A stretch of 63,765 bases of DNA, the filler included, from Octopus bimaculoides (lineage: Eukaryota): NCBI RefSeq assembly GCF_001194135.2. It is 6 parts of 6 records of this genome, joined end to end, with 100 filler letters (N's around TTAATTAATTAA, not from the genome) between each part and the next. Parts side by side here need not be neighbours in the genome. Positions count along the whole stretch, not along the records: positions 1 to 21,252 come from NC_068981.1; positions 21,353 to 44,630 come from NC_068983.1; 4 more parts are not named here. One strand, 5' to 3'. Within the stretch, counting starts at the first letter, position 1; the number at the start of each line of letters is the position of its first letter. Below, one piece after another: positions 12,940-24,980 of this stretch. A program made the position numbers and the translations under genes. Below the pieces are notes generated by a model. That model did no database searches, had not been told where the DNA came from, and saw only the letters and a program-made list of their open reading frames with translations.

Positions 12940-13085
12940 ATTTTCCGTCCACCAAATTTCACTCACAAAGTAATTCCCAGCTGAAGTTGCTGCAGAAAAC
13001 ACTTATTCAAGGTACAGCAGAGGAACGAACCAGTAATCACGCGATTGCGGAGCAAACTCCTTAAACACACAACTGCATCTGTTCC
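12940..13085 (-). mobile_element. Diverged SINE family 1-like 5' half
   Basis: ttttccgtccaccaaatttcactcacaaag...acacttattcaagg...gaacgaacc...aaactccttaaacacacaact resembles 15845-15990. Confidence 0.55.
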
Positions 13086-14370
13086 TGATATGTTTATATA
13101 ATTCATTTTCGCTGAAGTTTTACTTACCCGATTATCTCATCCATACTTGATTACTGTTATAACCTGTCTTTTATAATATATATTCTATTGATCAAAGGAA
13201 TATATATATGTATATATATGTGTGTGTTTTTGTTTAGTGGTTGATGGCATGTTAAACTGATTTATAGCATATGTTTGTGCAGGGATTGTGTTTTGTGGTC
13301 TTAGAGAGGTTGAAACAGATTTAATTACATCCTACAGTAAAAAGGCTAACAACAATTTCATCTCAAAAACGTAAATCAGGCTTCGTAAAGGCTTATCATT
13401 CAATAAGATATTGTGGACACAAAAATCATAGTTAAGTCACTAACAGCAACCACAAAAAAAAAACAAAACACAAAACAATTATAGCGAAAGGCCAAAATGA
13501 TCAACAACAATAAAACTTGACTGTTAAATAAATAACTGGTCATAATTGAGCTTGTTTTCTGCCTGTAATCGGTAGCCTTTGTTTGCTATCGATCGATTCC
13601 TAATAAGGGTGAATATTTGTTTATATGGCAGTTTAGTTAACCAACCTGTGTTGAACAGCGCTCTATTCATATTTATTTAACTTATTAGGCGCAGATCGAT
13701 GGCTCCTCCATCGATTTTTATAAACGTTTACTTTTGTTGTTCTCTGTGAAAACTACGAATAAGCAATCATTGAAGACAAAACAAATGACAGTTGGCAATT
13801 TATCAAAGCTACAAGTAAAACGATATCAACCACGTTTCTCAACTCTTTTCTTAGTAATTCTTGTAATGTAAGCCAGCTGTCGGCGGAGGCTTTTATCGCT
13901 TCTTTATCGCCGTCGCTTCTATTTACCAACGGAACCAATCAACTGATAGCTTCTTGTTTTAAGGTTATCGGCTGCTATTATATCAGATATATTGATTAGG
14001 GTTTTGCCGTTGGAACTTCAACAGATCATTGTAAAATAGACATAAAGCTCTGTGACAGTTAAAACAAACTAAAGTAAATTATTGCTTTAGATATTTACAC
14101 ATGGGTAACTATTTGAACAAAGGAGATCAGCGTCTGTTCTGATCAGAGGGAAGAGAGAGAGAGAGAGAAAGAGTGTGAGAGAGAGAGGGGGCGAAGTAAG
14201 AGATCAGTGGGTCATCAAATCAGATAAAACACAATTCCTTCAAGTTGAGACGATCATAATGTCTGCTTTGTCAATGGGCAAACAACAATAAAATAGGGGA
14301 AATATTTGTTGTGGGAATAAAATTTCCGTATATTTACTGAAATAACATCTCTACCCACTATTTCTCTCAT

Positions 14371-14466
<96 letters not shown>

Positions 14467-15359
14467 GTATGTGGTGGTATACACACGCACATACACACAC
14501 ACATATGTATATACATGATAAAAATATAGGTAGAGAGAAACCAGCTCGAAGCTCGAGAAAAAGACAAGATAGAGCTATGGGATATGGAAACAGAAGAGAG
14601 AAAGTAAGAGAGAAAGAGAGAGAGAGGGAGAAAGAGTTGAGATTCCCATGTAAATATATTTAGAAGATTATACACGCAAGGTCGAATACGTTTGTAAATT
14701 TAAAAAAGGAAAGCGATTTATAAATTATCAAGAACGAAAATCATATCGACATCGTAAAGTTTGTGTTGTGTGGATAGCCTTAAGTAATTCTTCACTTTTC
14801 GCGTTTCGTTCTATCAGAAACAGTGAAATCTATACTGTAAGATGGTAGCAAACATTTTTCTCTAAAATGTCTTACTCCATTCTTTAGATCTCTCTATATT
14901 ACCGTGACAAACGTTATCTTACAAAAGGCAACTTAATTCTAGTTAGCAAGCAGAATACTTTAAGTTGTCTTAGCTGTCTTGTCAAAACAGACGAGCTTCT
15001 TTGAGTTCAGTGAAGCAGATTCGCGTTTTAGTGTCGTAGATTGGTGGTTAGCTTCAAAGAAACAATAGATTTGTTATTTGCCGTCAAACACATTCAGACA
15101 ATCCCGCTCTACCTATCCGTTGGTGTAAGTATCTAAGTAGATAAATAAAGCTTTCCTCTATCTAATTCTGTTTGTTCATTTTGTACTTTATTTACAGAGA
15201 TTCAAATTTGAAAGAATAACAAACGGTAAAAGATATGGCGATAGAAGAATATGGAACACGCTACTTTGAGCAACAACAATAATAGACATACACAAGAAAA
15301 AAAAACGTCATTTCTCAAATATCTAAATATGTGTACACACAACACACTCACGCACGGAC

Positions 15360-15550
15360 ATGTTACATACACACATACATACATACATACATACACACAT
15401 ACATACATACACACATACACACATACATACACACATACATACATACATACATACATACATACACACATACATACATACACACATACATACATACATACAT
15501 ACATACATACACACATACATACATACATACATACACACATACATACATAC
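15360..15550. repeat. (TACA)n/(CA)n satellite tract
   Basis: Read directly. Confidence 0.95.
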
Positions 15551-15571
15551 ACGCGCACAAACAGACACACA

Positions 15572-15996
15572 TTCTTTTATTCTTTCATTCTTTTACTTGT
15601 TTCAGTCGTTTGAGTACGGCCATGCTTCAGCACCGCCTTCATTCGAGCAAATCGATCCCAGGACTTATTCTTTGTAAGCCTAGTACTTATTCTATCGGTC
15701 TCTTTTGCCGAACTGCTAAGTTACGGGGACGTAAACACCAGTATCAGTTGTCAAGCGATGGTGGGGTTGGGTGGGACAAACACAGACACACAAACATACA
15801 CACACACACATACACATATATTTATATATATATGCGACGGACTTCTTTCAGTTTCCATCTACCAAATCCACTCACAAAGCTTTGGTCGGTCCAAGGCTAT
15901 AGTACAAGACACTTGCCTAAGGTGCCACTCAATGGGACTGAACCCGAACCATGTGGTTGGTAAGCAAGCTTCTTACCACACAGCCGCTCCTGCGCC
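15572..15996 (-). mobile_element. tRNA-derived SINE family 1, full-length with internal (TA)/(TG) microsatellite
   Basis: Minus strand: ggcgcaggagcggctgtgtggtaag (A box), ggttcagtccc (B box), a caccttaggcaagtgtctt CORE-like stretch, internal dinucleotide tract, ~230-bp 3' body and a gaataaaagaat tail. At least 8 partial or full copies in the window. Resembles described octopus tRNA-SINEs, but the name is not verified. Confidence 0.9.
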
Positions 15997-16318
15997 TATA
16001 TATATATATATATACGCACTTCTATATAATTGCGTAGAAACTCAGAATCATGCATATACACATTCTATATATTTACGAAGATAAGCATTTGTGAAGGCTT
16101 CAATATAAAGCCTCCTATCTCTTTCTCTCTCTCTCTCTCTACCTGCATTATGTACGCATATACACACACACATAATATATATATATATATATATGTATAC
16201 ATATATATATATATATATNNNNNNNNNNNNNNNNNNNNNNNNNNNNNNNNNNNNNNNNNNNNNNNNNNNNNNNNNNNNNNNNNNNNNNNNNNNNNNNNNN
16301 NNNNNNNNNNNNNNNNNN

Positions 16319-16362
16319 AACCCATGCTAGCATGGAAAGCGGACGTTAAACGATGATGATGA
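16319..16362 (+). mobile_element. 3' tail fragment of repeat family 4
   Basis: aacccatgctagcatggaaagcggacgttaaacgatgatgatgat matches 62850-62900 and the reverse complement of 44805-44850. Confidence 0.7.
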
Positions 16363-16949
16363 TACAAGTATGCACCCACGTATATATATTCCACCGGCTG
16401 CCTGTATTCAAATTCATATACATTCAAAGAAAAAATTCCTATAAACAAATTCAGCTTTCTTTGAATCCCATGACTAGAGAAAAGACTTTTTTCAAGAGGA
16501 TTTGGTTTGGATTTGGTTTTCACCTGCCAATTCTGGTGACTATTTTGTGTCAATTCCTGCAGAAATAATTGCATGTTTTCATATTTTTGTTTATGCCTTC
16601 GAGGTTGGGAAGTAATGCAAAAGAAAAAAAAAAAAACCCAAATTATACATACTCCTGTGTAAACCGCAAACAAAAATTGCTTCCGTATTGTAATGTCTAA
16701 TTCTATTGTATATGAAAGAACTAGCACAAACATTCACAAATATACATATACATATGAATATGTACGTACGTATGATTGTATGTATGCGTGTATGCATGTA
16801 TGTATATATGCATGTAGGTACGTATGTACGTACAAAGATCTACGAAAAGCAGCGCCACAAATTGACCACATCATCTGTCACGGAAAGTGTAATTCTATTC
16901 GAGAACTGATGCCTACACGTTTCATCCATTCGAATCAAATCATCGGATT

Positions 16950-18135
16950 CTGGTTGCCATGATAGAACTCACACTCTGTTCAAATCAGTCAGAGAGCAAA
17001 CATTCGCCTCGATATTTCTGGTTCTTCCTGTCCAACTCAACTCAGATACCACCACATCTTTTTATAAAATACAAGAATAGATTCGCTAAACCTTCTGAGA
17101 ACGTGGAGGAATACACCATACTCCTGAAGTCTGTTGCATATGCCGCCGAACAACACTTCCCCACCCACTGTACGATTTTCAAAGAAGAAAGTCCCTTGGG
17201 AGGATGCCAAAGTTTAGGAAGCTGGAAACAATCTAGCAGCTACGAAACAAGCAAATCGACGAAGCAAGACAACTGCGATACTTAAAACTGTATTAATCTC
17301 AACTTTAACCTTATCTCTTTAGAAGACCAAAGAGCTTACATCGAAGAGCAAAGCAACAGGATGAAAGAAGCAGATGACAGCAGACAAATCATCATACTAA
17401 GGAAAGCTACAAACAGCATGTCTGACCTTAAATCCATGATAGCATCAGAGATAAAAGCAACTTAATTGCAAGGTCAACGAATTGGTTGAAAACCCCAGTT
17501 TAAAAAGCTGCTCAACAGCAACACAACTCACACGGATAATTTTGTTTTGACACCAATCTCAGCGCTGCTTACCAATATCCCAAATGGTGAAATTACCTTC
17601 GAGGAAGCACTCAAACAAATCGTTTCGTGTAGATGTTGTGCCTCTAGAAATTCTTCGGAATATTCAAGCAGAATCGCAGCATTCTTCGGAATATTCAAGC
17701 AGAATCGCAACATTCTTCGGCGACTGATTGAAACCACCTCTAGTAAAGAGTGATACCTCTTTGGTGCGCCATCTTTTGTGGGTTTCACCAAAGCTTTCGA
17801 CACTGTCTGCTGTGAGCAAATGTTTCAGATTCGTTCTGCCTGTGACAAACCAAATGAAATGCAATCTGCTCTGTGTATGCAGACTGTGAATGTTTCATAT
17901 GCATCCCTGACAGACACCAACACATTTGCAGACAACACAGGTGTTCTCCAAGGGGACACATTAACTATTTTCCTTTTTATTATAATCTTAGACTCTTTAC
18001 TTCAGTACGCTATAGTATTTGAGCTTCGTGTCTATCTCCGTCCCCACTACGGTTCACGTCATCCAGCATCATACCTCATTGACCTCGACTTCGTAGTTGA
18101 TATCACATTCATTTCGCATACAATCACAAATGCTG
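16950..18135 (+). mobile_element. Decayed LINE (probably RTE-like) reverse transcriptase fragment
   Basis: ORF 17778-18212 has FTKAFDTV, TGVLQGDTL..FLFIIILD and LDFVVDI (degenerate non-LTR RT motifs). Upstream frames are broken; 31-bp tandem duplication at 17650-17720. Confidence 0.8.
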
Positions 18136-18139
18136 CTCT

Positions 18140-18390
18140 CATTGCACAGATACTCCTCTGTAAGTGCACACATCCCACGCCCTTCCAATTTTCTAAAAAA
18201 CATCTCTTATAGAACTGCTTTCCCACTTGTCCTCTAGCCCTTCGCCTAGTCTTCTTTTCCCCAACCCCTTTTCATCTTCCGATCATCTACTACACTTTCT
18301 GTATTTTACTTCTGATGGCGTATTAGTGCTCGAAACATTAAGATGCTTTCTCTTCCTCTTAACTGTTAAACTAATGCAATAACTGTGTTT
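18140..18390 (+). mobile_element. Probable PLE 3' tail with degenerate hammerhead
   Basis: Pyrimidine-rich tract, then ctt-ctgatgg...ctc-gaaac (18308-18345), then aaactaatgca, which is shared with the tail at 32040-32180. Confidence 0.45.
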
Positions 18391-19049
18391 ATTGTTTTGT
18401 TTCTATGTACACATATACAGATATATATATATATACATGCATACATGCATATATATATATATATATATATANNNNNNNNNNNNNNNNNNNNNNNNNNNNN
18501 NNNNNNNNNNNNNNNNNNNNNNNNNNNNNNNNNNNNNNNNNNNNNNNNNNNNNNNNNNNNNNNNNNNNNNNNNNNNNNNNNNNNNNNNNNNNNNNNNNNN
18601 NNNNNNNNNNNNNNNNNNNNNNNNNNNNNNNNNNNNNNNNNNNNNNNNNNNNNNNNNNNNNNNNNNNNNNNNNNNNNNNNNNNNNNNNNNNNNNNNNNNN
18701 NNNNNNNNNNNNNNNNNNNNNNNNNNNNNNNNNNNNNNNNNNNNNNNNNNNNNNNNNNNNNNNNNNNNNNNNNNNNNNNNNNNNNNNNNNNNNNNNNNNN
18801 NNNNNNNNNNNNNNNNNNNNNNNNNNNNNNNNNNNNNNNNNNNNNNNNNNNNNNNNNNNNNNNNNNNNNNNNNNNNNNNNNNNNNNNNNNNNNNNNNNNN
18901 NNNNNNNNNNNNNNNNNNNNNNNNNNNNNNNNNNNNNNNNNNNNNNNNNNNNNNNNNNNNNNNNNNNNNNNNNNNNNNNNNNNNNNNNNNNNNNNNNNNN
19001 NNNNNNNNNNNNNNNNNNNNNNNNNNNNNNNNNNNNNNNNNNNNNNNNN

Positions 19050-19287
19050 TGTATGTATGTGTGTGTGTGTATGGATGTATGTATGTATGTATGTATGCGT
19101 TTATGTATGTATGTATGTATGTATGTATGTATGCGTGTATGTATGTATGTATGTATGCGTGTATGTATGTATGTATGTGTAAGTTTGTGTATGCATGTAT
19201 GTATGTGTGTGTGTATGTATGTATATACGTATGTATGTATGTATGTATGTATGCGTGTATGTATGTATGTATGTATGTATGTATGTA

Positions 19288-19318
<31 letters not shown>

Positions 19319-19376
19319 ATGTATGTATGTATGTATGTGTGTGTGTGTATGTATGTATGTATGTATGTATGTATGT
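19050..19376. repeat. (TATG)n tract
   Basis: Read directly. Confidence 0.95.
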
Positions 19377-19448
19377 AGGAAGTTATAAAAACCAGCTGAA
19401 AATTAAGTTCATTACACATACATTTTAGCTGAACACATTTAAAAAAAA

Positions 19449-19694
19449 TTCTGTTACTTGTTTTAGTCATTTGACAGCAGCCATTCTGGGGAACCGCCTT
19501 AAAGGGTTTTAGTCGAACGAATCGACCCCAGGGTTTACTTTTTATGCTTATTACTTATTCTATCGCACACTGTTGCCGAACCGCTTAGTTACGGGGGTGT
19601 AAGCACACCAACACCGGTTGTCAAGAGGTGATGGGAGGGGGACAAACACAAGCATAAAGACACATAGACGTAGATACACACACACACTCACGCA

Positions 19695-19751
<57 letters not shown>

Positions 19752-19906
19752 CGGGCTTCTTTCAGTTTCTCTCAACCAAAAACACTCACAAGGCTTTGGT
19801 CGGCCCGAGGCTATAGTTGAAGACACTTGTCCAAGGTGTCACGAACTGGGACTGAACCTAGAATCATGTGGTTGGGAAGAAAGCTTCTTACCACACAGCC
19901 ACGCCT
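19449..19906 (-). mobile_element. SINE family 1, full-length with expanded internal (CA)n
   Basis: Both halves match 15572-15996; the internal tract is about 90 bp. Confidence 0.88.
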
Positions 19907-20910
19907 TATACACAGGTAAGTTTGAGAGCGATTTCAAAGTTTCGGTTTATTTGTCATCAATATCATGATGGCATGTTTGTCGAACTTCGAAGTCACTGTC
20001 AGCCACTTTTATTTGAATCATACATGTGTATACGCGTGTATATATGTGTAAATGTGTGCCTGCATATTTATGCTTGTATGAATATGTATGACATTATGGT
20101 TAGCCGTGTATCAGCAAGTTGGAGCTATATACACAAGTGGATGATTTCGTTATAAAGGCAGTGGTTTAGTGACACACACGCAAATATACGATTACGAGTG
20201 TGTAAAATGATTGATGTTATCTACATACATTTATGATTTCTGTATAAATATATTATCAACAGATACAAAGGATTTATACATGTCACAATTGCTGCCAAGT
20301 CTTATTTTCGTGTATATAACGCCGTGCATAAAACTGTTGTTTTCGTTGTTATTTATAATAAATATATTTCGTCAGCTTTTACATAAAGTTAACTCGCCTC
20401 ACTTTTGTTTCTATATTGAACCTGGTAGATATCGATACATCACATGCTGCCATATAGCGTACAGACAGAGATATATCTTGTAGGTTATTTTACAGATACA
20501 CCACATATCTAGAGCAAGCACAAAGAACTACCATTCATGCACGGCAACATTACATTCTAATCTGGTCATACTTGATTGAATTGCGAATGTTACACATCAA
20601 TGTCTTTCCCAGCGGCACATTGTGGCATAATGATCTCATTCTGTGCGTTATTATTAAAGTCGTTTTAAAGACCTTATTTTAGGTTTTTTTTTTCCACAGT
20701 TAACAATATATACGTATATACAAGAACTCACATAAGCGAATTACGCATATATGAGAAAGCCTGTGTCAGCATTTGTGCGTGTGGCGTGAGCGTGTGCACC
20801 CCGTTTGTGTGTGTGTTTGTGGGCCACTTCCGTGCCTGTCTTCATATGTACAATCATAGAAGTATTAATATATTTACTTTATATTTAAGTATAAGCTCTT
20901 TGATCAAGCA

Positions 20911-20967
<57 letters not shown>

Positions 20968-21197
20968 ATATATATGTATATATATATATGTATGTATGTA
21001 CGTATGTATGTACACGCACACATGCACATGAAGTCCACATAGATATAAATTGAAAAAGACAGAAATAGTTATCTTATATAAGCAATAAACAATTACACGA
21101 TGCGCATTTATATCACGCGCACATAATGTAGACGTACGCAAATAAAGAGAAACACACACATATATAGACACGTACATACACATATATATAAACATAC

Positions 21198-21252
<55 letters not shown>

Positions 21253-21352
21253 NNNNNNNNNNNNNNNNNNNNNNNNNNNNNNNNNNNNNNNNNNNNTTAA
21301 TTAATTAANNNNNNNNNNNNNNNNNNNNNNNNNNNNNNNNNNNNNNNNNNNN

Positions 21353-21650
21353 CAGTAGATCGCGTAGGTTGCGGGCGCGTTTGAAAGATGATAGGGGTGG
21401 GTTAGGGAAAACGGGGTGGGTGGTGGGATCGAGCTGGACGCGACGAAAGGCTCGTAGGATCCTCCGACGAAGGGGTAGGGTGGCAGGGTGGAACCGGAGT
21501 GGGAAGTGGGTACGGTTAGGGGATTGGTGTGGGAGAGGAGTGAGGTGGTGCGGTCGATTCGACGAGCGCGGGCGAGGGCGGATTGGACAAGGTGGGAGGG
21601 GTATCCTCGATGCATGAACAGACGAGCAAGATACTGGGACTGGGTCTCGA
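21353..21650 (-). mobile_element. Penelope-like element fragment (RT thumb to GIY-YIG linker)
   Basis: RGYPSHLVQSALARARRIDR, then after a frameshift FHPATLPLRRRILRAFRRVQLDPTTHPVFPNPPLSSFKRARNLRDLL, the characteristic PLE linker. Confidence 0.88.
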
Positions 21651-21699
21651 GAGAGAGAGAGAGAGAGCTTATTTAAAGGTCACAATACATGTATCAAAG

Positions 21700-22380
21700 C
21701 TCTACTTATAGTTTTATTTGTTGAGAGACTCAAACATATTCATCAGGCGCAATCCATCGAATAATCAAGATATTAACAATAGATTTAGTTGCATCAAAGA
21801 TAAAGTAGTACTAAACGACTCTAGTATTAATCAGGATAATAAGAAACCTAAAAATAGGCCACGAAAATTATTTGATTCGCCCCTCCCTTTTCCTTTATTA
21901 TGAAAACTAACTTTGGTAAAATATACTTGTCACCCCGAGACAAACACTTTGCAGCTGCTCACAGATACAGGAAAATATTTAATAGGTGTTGTGTAAAAAT
22001 ATAACATAGATGCTACCCCAGTATGAAGAGTATCATTACACATGGTCAACACTAAGAACCTTAATGCAGCCGCAACTGTCGTGGTTGAGGGTCCTCTCCA
22101 CTCGAGCAACGATGTACGACTAAATCTATCATATATGAGGTAGAAAGTGCTGCAACCCTAAATAACAATAGAACTGATGAGAAGACCTATATTGGATTAT
22201 GTGAAAGAGAATTTACAAACCGGTATGCCAATCGCATAGACTCCTTTCGACATAAGGACAAAAGTAAAGCTTCTAAGTTGGATAGCTACGTATGGATTTA
22301 AAGATAACGAAACACAGTATGTGATTACATGGGAGGTAATTGAGAAATCCATACCCTATGTAAATAGAGCGAATGACTTT
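21700..22380 (+). mobile_element. Penelope-like element fragment with GIY-YIG endonuclease (second subfamily)
   Basis: KTNFGKIYL..DKHF..HRYRKIFNR..VKI*..CYPSMKSII, KSIIYE, and EKTYIGLCEREFTNRYANRIDSFRH..SKLDSYVW, typical PLE GIY-YIG motifs; stops and frameshifts present. Confidence 0.88.
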
Positions 22381-22565
22381 TAGGACTGCCATGTTGGCTT
22401 GGCGATAACTATTTATTTCCAGTACCGCTGCCGTAGTCTCCTTTAGAGAGACTTAGAAATATTAATAACTCTATTTCTGAAAACCAGTGGATAGATTCCA
22501 CTGAAATTAGATAAATAACCTTCGAGCAGATAGTCAGCAGCGCCGCCTGGCTAGGGCTTGGCTTC

Positions 22566-22607
22566 TCTGCATTGACAAGGGGCAACACCCTGAAACTAGT
22601 CTGCAGA
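22566..22607 (+). ncRNA. Type I hammerhead ribozyme, U3-A8 core variant
   Basis: Helix I ucugca/ugcaga; core UUGACAA; helix II gggg(caaca)cccu; GAAA; palindromic helix III ACUAGU; GUC cleavage triplet, predicted cut after 22601. Confidence 0.8.
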
Positions 22608-22987
22608 TGCCAAACCAGCAGGGGGACACTGCTGACCTCCCCTGTTCGAAGGTTATAAAGGACACAGGTTTCGTGTGTCACATAGCTAGCTAGAGGCGAT
22701 GGCTTCTTGGAGCTAATTNNNNNNNNNNNNNNNNNNNNNNNNNNNNNNNNNNNNNNNNNNNNNNNNNNNNNNNNNNNNNNNNNNNNNNNNNNNNNNNNNN
22801 NNNNNNNNNNNNNNNNNNNNNNNNNNNNNNNNNNNNNNNNNNNNNNNNNNNNNNNNNNNNNNNNNNNNNNNNNNNNNNNNNNNNNNNNNNNNNNNNNNNN
22901 NNNNNNNNNNNNNNNNNNNNNNNNNNNNNNNNNNNNNNNNNNNNNNNNNNNNNNNNNNNNNNNNNNNNNNNNNNNNNNNNNNTATAA

Positions 22988-23018
<31 letters not shown>

Positions 23019-23069
23019 AATTTGTCGTAAATACACGTATGTATCTACACTCAGCACATGATGTGTATG

Positions 23070-23520
23070 CTTTCTTTGGCTGAAAGAGCGCAGATCCTGT
23101 TCAGATCTAAGATCACTAATTCTGTACTGAACTCAAGGTCACAAAATTTTCAGAGGTACCATGCATATGTAAAAATATATTCTGAAGAATTTGAAAATTC
23201 CACCTATTCCTGACTGACTTGAAATTGTTCTAGCTATATCATATAAGGTCTAAGGAGGTTAGCTTTTTCACCTTTATACATTTTAGTTTTTATTTTTGAC
23301 ATTTAGACTGTTTTCTGTTTTCCGGATTCCGTTGTTTACCGTCAGCTTTTCCTATATGCTATCTTGTCAGTTTTTTTCGCGTTTCTTCTATTATTTATTT
23401 TCTTTAGTTCCTAACGATATGTGGTTTGCACCTGAAGAATATGTTTGAGCTTTCTCAACATATAAAATTATTGGTAGCGCTTTAATTCATTTATTGTAAC
23501 CTTTAAATACATAATATTTA
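23070..23520 (+). mobile_element. Probable PLE 3' tail with degenerate hammerhead (23426-23480)
   Basis: Pyrimidine-rich tract, then CUGAAGA, a 7-bp helix II (auauguu/aacauau) and AAAA in place of GAAA. Confidence 0.4.
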
Positions 23521-23628
23521 TCTCTCACCAGATGGTGTGCTTTCTTTGTTGAATTTACCATCACGGATCAGTACATATATACATACATACATACACACAC
23601 ACATATATATGTATATATATATATATAT

Positions 23629-23735
23629 ATGGCGTAAAAATATGTGTGAGTGCGTGAATAATTGTGTTAGTGTACCTGTGCGTGTGTACAAATAAAAATG
23701 CACATCATGTGTAGAGGCATACGTATATTTATCAG

Positions 23736-23791
<56 letters not shown>

Positions 23792-23953
23792 ACAGAGAGA
23801 TAGAGAGAGAGATATATATATATAGATATAGATAATTTTGTGATAAATATACGTATGCATCTACACTCAGCACATGACGTGTATGTTTATATTTACACAC
23901 GCAGAGACACACAGACACAAGTATTCACGCACTCACACATTTTTTTACGTCAT
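23629..23953. mobile_element. Foldback/MITE-like element with ~105-bp inverted arms around an (AT)n/(AG)n core
   Basis: 23629-23734 is the approximate reverse complement of 23841-23953 (both translate FTHSHIFLRH on opposite strands). A third partial arm lies at about 23024-23068. Confidence 0.75.
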
Positions 23954-24764
23954 GAGAATTTAGAAATTTCGAGGGATATGAAATACATTATTTTTATCCG
24001 TTGCTCTCAAACTATAGAAAACTGTTATTTATGACTTATTGAATATCGGGCTGAAAAATGCATAAAAATAAATCGAATGGAAAAGTCGAAGTTTGCTTCT
24101 GGGACTCGGGCGCACATCTTGAAACACGAGATACCTTCTAGAATAATATCAATGCAATGCTTCGAATATTCTATACCAATGCTAAAAGCACTATTTATTT
24201 ATCTAGTCCATTATGCAAAATATACAACCGAGTTCGGCAATAAACATTCTTGTTCAGTACGGCTAATGATTTTTCTTTGTTATTATGTTACGTCTCCGTG
24301 CTCTCTACACTAATAGAACACATTACCTGTTTCTAATTCGAAGTCATAAATACTAAACCACTCAATCATAACATTAAATCGTAATTCTTAATAATCACTA
24401 AAAATGCAAATATCCTCAGCATTGTTTCTTACCAGTATCTTTTATCCTAAACTCTAGCCCTAAACTACGATATTATATTTCAAAAGTAAGCTTAGAAATT
24501 ATTAGGGAATACCAAATTTAAAAGTGCTAGTTCACGCCTTTTACTTTGCAAATAAAACAGATAAATTTATGTCCCTAGACCTGTGAATTTGATTTGAACA
24601 TTTGGAATATATTTCGCAGATACATTCATATGCGTGCGGGTGTGCATGCGTGTATGTGTGTGGATGTTGTTTGTGTGTGTATGTGTGTGTGTATGTTTGT
24701 GTGAGTATGAGCTTGTATGAAGAGAACGTGCCTATATGTTCGTGCTTTTCTTTATTTATGCCAT

Positions 24765-24980
24765 TTCAAGGCGGCTAACAGACAGAATCGTTACACACCG
24801 GACAAAATGCAAAGCTGTATTACGCTCGACGTTGCCTTCTGTGTTCAAATTCCACCGATGTCGACTTCGTCTTTCATCATTTCGGAGTTGATAAAAGAAG
24901 TGCTATTTGAGAGCTTGGGTCAATGTTATCGACTTACCCAAGCCACCGAATCTGCTGGCCTTGTACCAACATTTGAAACT
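24765..24980 (+). mobile_element. SINE family 2, diverged copy
   Basis: aaggcggctaacagacagaatcgttac...gttcaaattccaccgatgtcgac...gctggccttgtacc. Confidence 0.75.

Noticed and set aside
15098-15124. Possible 27-nt microexon (cattcag/TIPLYLSVG/gtaagt)
   Set aside because: Splice signals fit, but such matches arise by chance and there are no partner exons or homology.
21297-21308. TTAATTAATTAA islands centred in N runs (also 44675-44686, 53929-53940, 58967-58978, 62389-62400)
   Set aside because: An identical 12-mer with stops in all six frames inside 100-bp gaps is a scaffolding spacer, not biology.
22186-22192. CTGATGA motif
   Set aside because: Lies within GIY-YIG coding sequence with no downstream hammerhead fold.
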